Source: an uncultured Bacilli bacterium (GTDB taxonomy: Bacteria; Bacillota_I; Bacilli_A; RF39; UBA660). Taken from it: a stretch of 64,000 nt of DNA. The position numbers and the translations under genes were made by a program. The notes beneath the pieces are model-generated. The model ran no database searches and had not been told where the DNA came from. It saw only the letters and a list, made by a program, of their open reading frames with translations. Location: the NCBI GenBank assembly GCA_934153945.1, contig CAKPFM010000001.1, positions 72,128 through 136,127 of the forward strand. Direction: 5' to 3'. Positions 31,788-39,988 of this stretch are shown here, in pieces (the first letter of the stretch is position 1; every line of letters starts with the position of its first letter).

Positions 31788-31867
31788 TTCACCACCTCCT
31801 TTCGGAGGTAAGCACTCAACGGTTAAAGTATTACTAAATAAATTATATTAAAACATATATTATAAAA

Positions 31868-31892
31868 ATAACTCAAAAGTTATTTTTTTTAA
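31868..31892. terminator. palindromic terminator-like hairpin between peptide 1 and the VTC fragment
   Basis: AATAACT-CAAA-AGTTATT flanked by an A-run and a T-run. Confidence 0.45.
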
Positions 31893-31963
31893 TCTTTATT
31901 TAATAAAATGGAAATAAAATGATAATGAAATGAAGGGCATAATCATTTCTAAAGGAGGAAAAT

Positions 31964-32341
31964 ATGTATGATAATCACTTTCAAAGAGTAGAAGAAAAAT
32001 ACTTATTAAATGAAGAACAAAAAGAAATATTTTTAAAAAAAATTAAAAATTATATAAAAAAAGATAAATTTTATATAAGCAATATTCATATTGATAATAA
32101 AAATTTAAGAATTACATTTGATAACAATTTAAGAAGTAGAAAAAGTAATCTATACTTTAAAGATGAAGAATCTTTAGAAAATTACTTTAGTGATAATATG
32201 TATATAATGGAAATAAAAACTGTAGGTTCTATGCCTTTATGGTTAGTTAGAATTTTGTCAGAAATGAATATTATGCCAACATCATTTTCAAAATATGGAA
32301 AAATATATGAAAAAGAAATGGAGAAAATAAAATATGCTTAA
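31964..32341 (+). CDS. VTC-domain (polyphosphate polymerase-like) protein, N-terminally truncated version (125 aa)
   Basis: Matches only the C-terminal half of ~240-aa bacterial VTC proteins (NLRITFDNNL.., IMEIKTVGSMPLW.., ..TSFSKYGKIY). No ORF upstream could supply the missing half. It has its own strong RBS AAAGGAGG. Confidence 0.6.
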   Translation: MYDNHFQRVEEKYLLNEEQKEIFLKKIKNYIKKDKFYISNIHIDNKNLRITFDNNLRSRKSNLYFKDEESLENYFSDNMYIMEIKTVGSMPLWLVRILSEMNIMPTSFSKYGKIYEKEMEKIKYA

Positions 32342-33005
32342 TAGTATTTTTACAAGTACAACTAGTTCTATTGAACTATCATCATTACTTATATGTTCTA
32401 TAACATCAATTATATTAGGTTTCATAATTGCCTTAGTACATAAATATACATCTAAATATAGTAAAAATTTTTTAATAACGGTAACTTTATTACCAATAAT
32501 GGTTGAATCTGTTATGTTAATGGTAAATGGAAATTTAGGAACTTCAGTAGCGATAATGGGAGCATTCAGTCTAGTAAGATTTAGAAGTATACCAGGAACA
32601 TCAAGAGAAATATTAGTAGTATTCTTTGCTATGGCAGTAGGACTTGCTACTGGTATGGGACAAATATGGTTTGCTATTATATTAACAATAATAGGATGTT
32701 TAATGATATTATTATTTAGTAATGTTAAAATATTTGATATAAACAAAAATGTCAAAGAATTAAAAATATTAATACCAGAAAATTTAGATTATATAGATGT
32801 ATTTGATGATATTTTTGATAAATATTTAATAGAATGTAATTTAGAAAAAACAAAAACAACAAATATGGGAAGTATGTTTGAATTAACATATCTAGTTGTA
32901 TTAAAAGACAATATAAAAGAAAAAGATCTTATAGATGAAATAAGAACAAGAAATAGTAACTTAAAAATATCGTTATCAAGAGAAAATAATACTTTAGATT
33001 TATAG
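32334..33005 (+). CDS. DUF4956-family membrane protein
   Basis: Signature MGAFSLVRFRSIPGTSREI within four TM helices. Overlaps the VTC gene end; VTC-DUF4956 pairs are a known cassette. Confidence 0.7.
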   Translation: MLNSIFTSTTSSIELSSLLICSITSIILGFIIALVHKYTSKYSKNFLITVTLLPIMVESVMLMVNGNLGTSVAIMGAFSLVRFRSIPGTSREILVVFFAMAVGLATGMGQIWFAIILTIIGCLMILLFSNVKIFDINKNVKELKILIPENLDYIDVFDDIFDKYLIECNLEKTKTTNMGSMFELTYLVVLKDNIKEKDLIDEIRTRNSNLKISLSRENNTLDL

Positions 33006-33013
33006 GAGCAAAT

Positions 33014-34606
33014 ATGAAAAAGAAATATATAATAATTATATTATTACTAGCTTTATGTGGTATCTTTGTATTATTTAAAATTGTACCAAATGAAAATGAA
33101 GAAGAAGCAATAATTAATGATGACATAGATTGGTCTACATACGAAGTTACAAATTATACTCTAACAGAAAGTATAACTATAACAAAAGAAGGAATTTATA
33201 ATTTAACAGGTACACTTAATGGAAGTATTACTATTAATACTAAAGGAAATGTAAAACTAATATTAAACAATGTAACAATTAATAATAATGGACCTGCTAT
33301 ATATATTGAAAATGCTAATATAACAGTTATTGAAACAGAAGAAGGTACAGTTAATACTCTATCAGATAGTAATACTTATAATAATTATGAAGATGAAATA
33401 GAAGGTACAATTTATAGTAAAGATGATTTAGTATTAGAAGGAAATGGAGCTTTAATTGTAAAAGGTAATAAAGGAGATGCTATAGTTAGTAAAGATAGCA
33501 TTAAAATAAATAGTGGTACTTATAATATTACATCAGCTTCTACTGGTATTAAAGTAAAAGATTCTATATATATAGTAGATGGAACATTCAAAATAAATTC
33601 TTCACTAGATGGAATAAAATCAACTAAAGGATATGTTCAAATTGATAATGGAGAATTTATTATAGTATCAGTTAATGATGGTATTCAAGCTGAAACAAAA
33701 CTTTTAATTAATGAAGGTAATTTTAATATAACTACCGGTTCAGGAAGCCCAACATTAAATGGTAATAGAAAAGTAACTATTATAGATAGTTCTAAAGGAT
33801 TAAAAGCAGGAGATAGTCTTATCATAAATGGTGGATCTTATAATTTAGATACTTTAGATGATGCAATACATTCAAATAATTATTTATATATTAAAAATGC
33901 TAGTTTAAATATATCAACAGGTGATGATGGCATACATTCGGATAAGGAATTGGTAATAGATAGTGGTACTATAAAAATTAATAAAAGTTATGAGGGTATT
34001 GAATCGGAAAATATTACTATTAATGGTGGTGATATTAATATAATATCTAATGATGATGGTATAAATGCTGCAGGAGATAGTACAGGTGGATTAACAATCA
34101 ATAATGGTAATATATATGTAAATGCTAGTGGAGATGGACTAGATGCTAATGGTTCAATATATGTTAATGGTGGAACTATAACTGTCGATGGACCAACAGA
34201 TAATGGAAATGGTGCTCTTGATTATGATTCAAAATGTATAGTAAAAGGTGGAACTTTAATAGCAGCAGGTTCAAGCGGAATGGCTCAAGAAATTAGTAGT
34301 GATTCTACTCAATATGGATTATTGATTAACTTTACAAATACATACAATGCAGGAATTAAAATTTCTATTTTGGATAGTAATGATAATGAAGTAATATCAT
34401 ATACACCAACAAAAACATTCTCATTGATTGTATTTAGTATAGCTGACTTAAAAACAGGTACATATAAAATAATGATAAATGATGAAGAATATCAAACAGT
34501 AACAATAAGTAGTATAACAACTACGGTTGGTTCTGTACAAGGTATGGAAGGTAATCCCGGCATGGGTGGACCAGGAATGGGTGGTCAACCTAGAAGAACT
34601 AGATAA
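33014..34606 (+). CDS. secreted beta-helix repeat protein, Cthe_2159-like carbohydrate-binding domain family
   Basis: Signal/TM anchor MKKKYIIIILLLALCGIFVLF. Repeated ITxxGxYxLTGTLNGSITIN... units resemble the Cthe_2159 family consensus. Gly/Pro-rich C-terminus. Confidence 0.6.
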   Translation: MKKKYIIIILLLALCGIFVLFKIVPNENEEEAIINDDIDWSTYEVTNYTLTESITITKEGIYNLTGTLNGSITINTKGNVKLILNNVTINNNGPAIYIENANITVIETEEGTVNTLSDSNTYNNYEDEIEGTIYSKDDLVLEGNGALIVKGNKGDAIVSKDSIKINSGTYNITSASTGIKVKDSIYIVDGTFKINSSLDGIKSTKGYVQIDNGEFIIVSVNDGIQAETKLLINEGNFNITTGSGSPTLNGNRKVTIIDSSKGLKAGDSLIINGGSYNLDTLDDAIHSNNYLYIKNASLNISTGDDGIHSDKELVIDSGTIKINKSYEGIESENITINGGDINIISNDDGINAAGDSTGGLTINNGNIYVNASGDGLDANGSIYVNGGTITVDGPTDNGNGALDYDSKCIVKGGTLIAAGSSGMAQEISSDSTQYGLLINFTNTYNAGIKISILDSNDNEVISYTPTKTFSLIVFSIADLKTGTYKIMINDEEYQTVTISSITTTVGSVQGMEGNPGMGGPGMGGQPRRTR

Positions 34607-34669
34607 AATTGTCTTTATATGACAATTTTTTTGCTTTTATGATATAATTGAAAAGAAGTAGGTGACAAT

Positions 34670-35926
34670 ATGAAACAATTAAATTTAACAAGTACTCCTT
34701 ACATAATTAAGTGTAAAGATTATAGTACATTAACATTTGATTTGATATATCCAACAACATATGATGCAAAAAACATGTTTGATAAAGAATTATTCAAACA
34801 GATAGTTATGAACTCATCCTTTGATTATAAAACAGAGCAAGAATTTAAAAAAGCAAAAATTAATAAATTGATTATAGGTTTAAATTGTAAAACTATTAGA
34901 TACCATAATAATTTATATATAATATATTCTTTAACAATACCAGATCCTAAAAAAGTAAAAGATTTTAATATAGAAGAATCTTTTGAATTTTTTTATAACA
35001 CCATTTATAAACCCAATATAATAAATGATGAATTTAATAATAAACAATTTGAAAGAGAAAAAGAATATATAAAATTTGGTATTCAAAACTCACTAAAAAG
35101 AATCCAAAATTATGGATTTCAAAGATTTATTGAAGTAGCAGATGATATAGGAGATTTAAAAAATAACTTAAATAATAATCTTGATTTGATTGAAAATACA
35201 ACTGCAAAAAGTTTATATGATTATTATAAAAAAATTGTTATAAATAATACACCAATATGTGTTGTTTATGGAAATATAGAAGAAAAAGAAGTAAATAAAT
35301 TATATGATAAATATTTTAATCAAAATAAAACAATAACAATTAATGAAGATTATGATTGCTATATGAAATTAAATGAAACAACTAATTATGTAGAAGAAGT
35401 ATCAAAATTTAATCAATCAGTACTTTATATGTGTTATAAAGTTAAAAATATGAAAGAAGAAGATAAAATATATTTAATGTTATTATCTGATATATTAAAT
35501 GATAGATCAACAAATTTAGTATTTAAAGCTTTACGTATAAAAAATAATCTAATTTATTCATATAATCTTTTATCATACAGTAGATATGGAATGTTTTTTA
35601 TAGAATCATATATAGAAAAAAATAACAAAGAAAAAACTATTGAAGTTATAAATGAACTAATGAATGAATTAAAAAATGAAAAATTAATTAAAGATTGTAT
35701 TTCAAAAATAATAGAAGAATTAGAGTATAATTTGATAGAAACAAAAGATTCAAAATATTATGAATTTGATAAATTTATAGATAATTTATTAGATACTAGA
35801 AAATCATTAGAAACAATATATGAAACATATCAAAATATAGATATCAATGAATTTATGCAATTTTTAAATAGAGTAAAATTAGATACAGTATATTTTCTAA
35901 GAGGTGAAGCAGATGAAACAAAGTAA
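34670..35926 (+). CDS. M16-family peptidase-like protein lacking the HxxEH motif (inactive partner subunit)
   Basis: 418 aa of the same size and architecture as the next gene and overlapping it. No HxxEH motif. Confidence 0.5.
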   Translation: MKQLNLTSTPYIIKCKDYSTLTFDLIYPTTYDAKNMFDKELFKQIVMNSSFDYKTEQEFKKAKINKLIIGLNCKTIRYHNNLYIIYSLTIPDPKKVKDFNIEESFEFFYNTIYKPNIINDEFNNKQFEREKEYIKFGIQNSLKRIQNYGFQRFIEVADDIGDLKNNLNNNLDLIENTTAKSLYDYYKKIVINNTPICVVYGNIEEKEVNKLYDKYFNQNKTITINEDYDCYMKLNETTNYVEEVSKFNQSVLYMCYKVKNMKEEDKIYLMLLSDILNDRSTNLVFKALRIKNNLIYSYNLLSYSRYGMFFIESYIEKNNKEKTIEVINELMNELKNEKLIKDCISKIIEELEYNLIETKDSKYYEFDKFIDNLLDTRKSLETIYETYQNIDINEFMQFLNRVKLDTVYFLRGEADETK

Positions 35927-37157
35927 AATTTACACTTTAAAAAATGGATTAAAAGTAGTATTTTATCAAGATACAACTAAGCATTTATCATTTGCTGAAT
36001 TGATTGTAAAATATGGTGGTATTAATAATAAATTTACTTTAAATAATAAAGAATATCATATCAATGATGGTATGGCTCATTTTTTAGAACATTTATTAAT
36101 AGAACATAGCATATATGGCAATGTACTTGAATATTTTCATAATAATCATATAAGTACAAATGGATTGACATCAATTAAACGTACTAAATTTTATATAAAA
36201 ACAGCTAAAAATTTTTTAGATAATTTAGAAAAATTAATCAAAATAGTTAATCAGCCAATATTTAATGAAGAAGATATAGAAAAAACTAAACCAGCTATTT
36301 ATGAAGAAATAAGAAAAGGAAAAGATAATAATTTTAAAATGTTATTTAATTTAGAAAAAAGTTGTTTATTTAATAATATAGATGCTAAATCAGTTTTGGG
36401 AGAAATAGAAGATATTCAAAATATTAATTATGAAATGGCAAAATTATGTCATGATGTATTTTATCAACCTCAAAATCAGATTCTAGCAATTGCTGGTAAT
36501 GTTGACATAGAAAAAACACTTGAATTAATAGAAAAAGTATATGATGAAATTAATATTAAAAAAATAGAGTATCAAGTACCAACTATAGCAGAACCAAATG
36601 AAGTAGCTAAATTAAATGATTTTATTTATAGAGATATTGAAAATGATTTTGTTAGAATTGCATATAAGATTAATATAGCATCTCTATCTCCATATGAAAG
36701 AGTAAAATTAACTTTTTATATTGGTTATTTTTTAGAGTATAATTTTGATGAAACTTCTATAAATTATAAAAAATTGATGGATGATAAAATATCTGTTAAC
36801 AATATCAATAGCAATGTTAGTTTTATTGATAATTTTATGATTATAACAATAGATACTTATACTGATAAACATGATGAATTTATAAATTTAATAAAAACTG
36901 CTATAGAAAGTAAAGCCATAGATAAAGAAGATTTTGAAATTAGAAAAAAGAGAACATTAATAAATTTTCTTTTGAGGGAAGAAAACTTTATGAGTATGAT
37001 AAATCCTTTTGTTGATAATATTTTATCGTTTGATTATTATGAAAATGATAAGATAGAAGATATAGAAGAAGAAAACTATGAAGAGTATAGTAATATAATA
37101 AATTCATTAGATTTTAGTAACTATACTATATTGAAAATGTTAAAGAAGATAAATTAG
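35913..37157 (+). CDS. M16-family (pitrilysin-like) zinc peptidase, active subunit
   Basis: Inverted zinc-binding motif HFLEH in NDGMAHFLEHLLIEHS. ATG after GAGGTGAAG. Confidence 0.7.
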   Translation: MKQSKIYTLKNGLKVVFYQDTTKHLSFAELIVKYGGINNKFTLNNKEYHINDGMAHFLEHLLIEHSIYGNVLEYFHNNHISTNGLTSIKRTKFYIKTAKNFLDNLEKLIKIVNQPIFNEEDIEKTKPAIYEEIRKGKDNNFKMLFNLEKSCLFNNIDAKSVLGEIEDIQNINYEMAKLCHDVFYQPQNQILAIAGNVDIEKTLELIEKVYDEINIKKIEYQVPTIAEPNEVAKLNDFIYRDIENDFVRIAYKINIASLSPYERVKLTFYIGYFLEYNFDETSINYKKLMDDKISVNNINSNVSFIDNFMIITIDTYTDKHDEFINLIKTAIESKAIDKEDFEIRKKRTLINFLLREENFMSMINPFVDNILSFDYYENDKIEDIEEENYEEYSNIINSLDFSNYTILKMLKKIN

Positions 37158-37219
37158 GTTAGTATTTACTAACTTTTTTCTTTTTGTGATATAATATTTA
37201 CATTATTGGAAGTGATAAA

Positions 37220-37819
37220 ATGTCTAAAGTTTCAAATACAATAACATTATTAAATTTATTAGCAAGTGGTAAAAAATATAATATAAATGAATTAGCTGAT
37301 ATTCTAGAAGTAACACCTAGAATGGTTAGAATATATAAAGATGAATTAGAAAAGTCTGGAATATATATAGATACTATTATGGGACCATACGGAGGATATG
37401 TTTTAAATCAACAGATAAGAATTCCATATAGAAAATTCAAAACAGAAGATTATAAAATGTTAGATAAATATATTAAAGAAGAAACAAATGAAGAATTAAA
37501 AAATAAACTAATTTTATTACAAGATAAAATTAGAGGAATATATATTGGAAGTAAATCCGAAAGTAAAGAACTTAATTTGGAAAAAGAAACATTAAATAAA
37601 TACAATATTTTAACTAGAGCAATAAAAGAACATAGAAAGGTAAAAATTACTTATTATTCTTATAATAAAGGAGAAAATGAAAGAATAATAAATCCTATAG
37701 AAATGTTTTTATATAATACTGGATGGTTTTGTGCTGCATATTGTAATTTAAGATGTGACATGAGACATTTTGAATTAAAAAGAATAAGAAAAATAGAATT
37801 ATTAGAAGAAAAATTTTAA
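37220..37819 (+). CDS. WYL-domain transcriptional regulator with N-terminal HTH (YafY/BrxR/CapW-like architecture)
   Basis: N-terminal HTH (ITLLNLLASGKKYNINELADILEVTPRMVRIYKDELEKSGIYI). C-terminus ..KVKITYYSYNKGENERIINPIEMFLYNTGWFCAAYCNLRCDMRHFELKRIRKIE fits the WYL domain pattern. Confidence 0.7.
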   Translation: MSKVSNTITLLNLLASGKKYNINELADILEVTPRMVRIYKDELEKSGIYIDTIMGPYGGYVLNQQIRIPYRKFKTEDYKMLDKYIKEETNEELKNKLILLQDKIRGIYIGSKSESKELNLEKETLNKYNILTRAIKEHRKVKITYYSYNKGENERIINPIEMFLYNTGWFCAAYCNLRCDMRHFELKRIRKIELLEEKF

Positions 37820-37870
37820 GTTGACAACATATTACCTACTCAAGTAGTAATATCTACTTGGAGGTGTTTT

Positions 37871-38785
37871 ATGGAAGAAAATTTTAAACTTTTATTTGAT
37901 AGAATAATTGATACATTAGAAACAACAGATTTAATTAAAATCAAAAATCAATTAGAAAATATAAAAGGTAATACAGTTTTTGTAGGATCAGGTGGTTCTA
38001 AAGTAGTAGCTACTTTCGCATCTAAAATACTAAACGGGTCAAATGTAAAAAGTTCAAGAGATTTAAATTATATGGGCCTAAATAATATAGATAATATAAT
38101 GATATTTAGTTATAGTGGAATAGGTTATACAATAGAAAATTTATTAAAAAATAACAAAAAAATATATTTGTTTACTAATGGAAATAGGGAATATGAAAAT
38201 GTAGAAAATATAAAATATAACTCATCACTAAAAAGTGAACATAGTTTTATTTCATTAGCTAGCACACTTATGCCAATGACAATTTTATACAATTATTATA
38301 AAAATTTAGAAATTAATCATCTTAAATTAATTTTAAATGATATGTTTGAAAAAGCAAAAAATATAAATATTGAAAGCAATAATGTATATGAAATATTAAC
38401 AGGATATGATACTTTAACTGCTTCTACTTATTTAGAAAGTACAATGGTTGAATCTGGTATAGCTGTTCCAATTATCCATGATAAATATGATTATTGTCAT
38501 GGTAGAACAACTACATCATATAAATCACACAATGGTTTAATATATTATGAAAATACAAAAGAATTAGATAAACTTTTGCTAGAAAATTTAAGTAAATATT
38601 ATACTGAAATAATTAAAATAGAAAAGTATTATAGTGATGATTTTGTAATTGACAATGATTATTATGCAACAATAAAATCGATGTATTTAACTAAAAAATT
38701 AGCTGAAAATAAACAAATAGATTTATCGAAAATAGAATATTCACCTCTTGTAAAAAAATTATACTATTTTAAAGGAGAAATGTAA
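37871..38785 (+). CDS. SIS (sugar isomerase/phosphosugar-binding) domain protein, 304 aa
   Basis: Motifs GNTVFVGSGGSKVVATFASKIL (GxGxSxxxA) and DNIMIFSYSGIGYT (ISxSGxT). These fit the SIS fold better than a SIR2 fold. Confidence 0.55.
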   Translation: MEENFKLLFDRIIDTLETTDLIKIKNQLENIKGNTVFVGSGGSKVVATFASKILNGSNVKSSRDLNYMGLNNIDNIMIFSYSGIGYTIENLLKNNKKIYLFTNGNREYENVENIKYNSSLKSEHSFISLASTLMPMTILYNYYKNLEINHLKLILNDMFEKAKNINIESNNVYEILTGYDTLTASTYLESTMVESGIAVPIIHDKYDYCHGRTTTSYKSHNGLIYYENTKELDKLLLENLSKYYTEIIKIEKYYSDDFVIDNDYYATIKSMYLTKKLAENKQIDLSKIEYSPLVKKLYYFKGEM

Positions 38786-38787
38786 TT

Positions 38788-39384
38788 ATGGTAACATATG
38801 TAACAGGAAATTATGGTAAATATATATCAGTAAAAGAAAAATTTGAAAAATATAATATAGATATAAATTATTATAAATGTGATATTGATGAATTAAATAT
38901 TAATGATATAGAAAAAATAAGCAAAGATAAAGCTAGACAAGCTTATTTAAAATTAAATTCACCAGTATTTGTAGTAGATTCAGGATTTTATATTAGAAGT
39001 TATCCAAATAATCCAAATTATCCTGGAGCATTTGTTAAAAGATCTGGGGTAGCTAAAAATGTAGAAGAGTTATTAAATATTATGAGAGATGTTAAAGATA
39101 GATATTGTTTTTTCCTAGATTGTTTGACTTACTATGATGGAGAAAATTATAAAACTTTTTATGGTAAAAGTGAAGGATTTTTGTCATATGAAGTAAAGGG
39201 TAATGATTTAGTACAAGCCAAATCAAATTTATGGAAAGTATTTATTCCTAAAAATTATGATAAAACTTTAGCTGAAATGACTGAAGATGAAAGAAAAAAT
39301 AGGGGAGAAATAGGCGCTACTGAAAAGTTTATTAATTGGTATAAAGAAAATTTAAATGCTAAAAATTTAGTATTAAAAAAATAA
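38788..39384 (+). CDS. HAM1/RdgB-family (ITPase-fold) non-canonical NTP pyrophosphatase-like protein, divergent
   Basis: N-terminal YVTGNYGKYISVKEKFEKY (TGNxGK..E), VVDSGF, RYCFFLDCLTYYDGE and LAEMTEDERKNRGEIG follow the HAM1 family order. Starts 3 nt after the SIS gene stop. Confidence 0.5.
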   Translation: MVTYVTGNYGKYISVKEKFEKYNIDINYYKCDIDELNINDIEKISKDKARQAYLKLNSPVFVVDSGFYIRSYPNNPNYPGAFVKRSGVAKNVEELLNIMRDVKDRYCFFLDCLTYYDGENYKTFYGKSEGFLSYEVKGNDLVQAKSNLWKVFIPKNYDKTLAEMTEDERKNRGEIGATEKFINWYKENLNAKNLVLKK

Positions 39385-39398
39385 AAATATATGAAATA

Positions 39399-39540
39399 TT
39401 GAAAAAAATTTAAATATATGTTAATATGTATTTAGCAAGCAGTCTTGCATAAAATAAAAAAGGGAACATTCAATTGTGCATGTTGAGTGATTGCCTATAT
39501 AGGTTTCACCTAAATCATTGCTGAGTTAGGTGATTTTTCA
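39399..39540 (+). ncRNA. candidate small RNA 'A': consensus sigma-A promoter plus a ~105-nt transcript ending in a terminator that abuts the 3' end of peptide 2
   Basis: TTGAAA-N17-TAATAT (39399..39427). Terminator hairpin CACCTAA..TTAGGTG plus ATTTTT (39507..39538). No ORF. The 5' ~110 bp is duplicated at 39777..39890 (start of locus B). Confidence 0.45.
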
Positions 39541-39543
39541 TAT

Positions 39544-39627
39544 TTAGATTAAAACTATAAATAGTAATAATACTAATAGGAAGATAAGAATTACTAAAGC
39601 AAAGATTAAAAAATCTTTCTTGTTCAT
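39544..39627 (-). CDS. small hydrophobic peptide (27 aa, MNKKDFLIFALVILIFLLVLLLFIVLI), paralog of 31695..31787 and candidate type I toxin-like peptide
   Basis: GGGAGG SD 8 nt upstream of ATG. A CUUCU-AAAA-AGAAG hairpin abuts the SD. The 5' coding region is conserved with peptide 1 at the nucleotide level. Not in the ORF track. Confidence 0.55.
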   Translation of the reverse strand: MNKKDFLIFALVILIFLLVLLLFIVLI

Positions 39628-39795
39628 AATATCGCCTCCCTTCTTTTTAGAAGTTTGGCAAATCACCCAACTATTAAATGTCCCTATAAATAATATATCA
39701 AACATATATTCGTATATCAAGTAGTTTTATTAAATTTATAAAATTTAGTTTTAATAAAGTAATAATATTGTAAAATGATAAAAATATATGAAATA

Positions 39796-39938
39796 TTGAA
39801 AAAATTTTAAATATATGTTAATATGTATTTAGCAAGTAATTTTGCATAAAATAAAAAAGAGGAACATTCAATGTTGCAAGTGAATGTTGCCTCACAAAAG
39901 TGTGTGACACTCTACAAATGCAGGGTGTCTATTTTTTT
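39796..39938 (+). ncRNA. candidate small RNA 'B', second copy of the promoter plus 5' segment of sRNA A with its own terminator
   Basis: TTGAAA-N17-TAATAT (39796..39824). Transcript 5' end is ~85% identical to sRNA A. Terminator GACAC..GTGTC plus TATTTTTTT (39906..39938). Its 3' end is convergent with the gene at 39989..40933. Confidence 0.4.
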
Positions 39939-39988
39939 GTTAATACCATTATTGTTTAGCATGAAATATATAGCACATTTTCATTTTA

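Noticed and set aside
37871-38785. SIR2-like (NAD-depleting defence effector) reading of the GSGGS motif in the 304-aa protein
   Set aside because: The downstream ISxSGxT-like motif (FSYSGIGYT) and spacing fit a SIS phosphosugar-binding domain better. No convincing SIR2 catalytic N/D/H triad is arranged correctly. This remains worth an HMM check.
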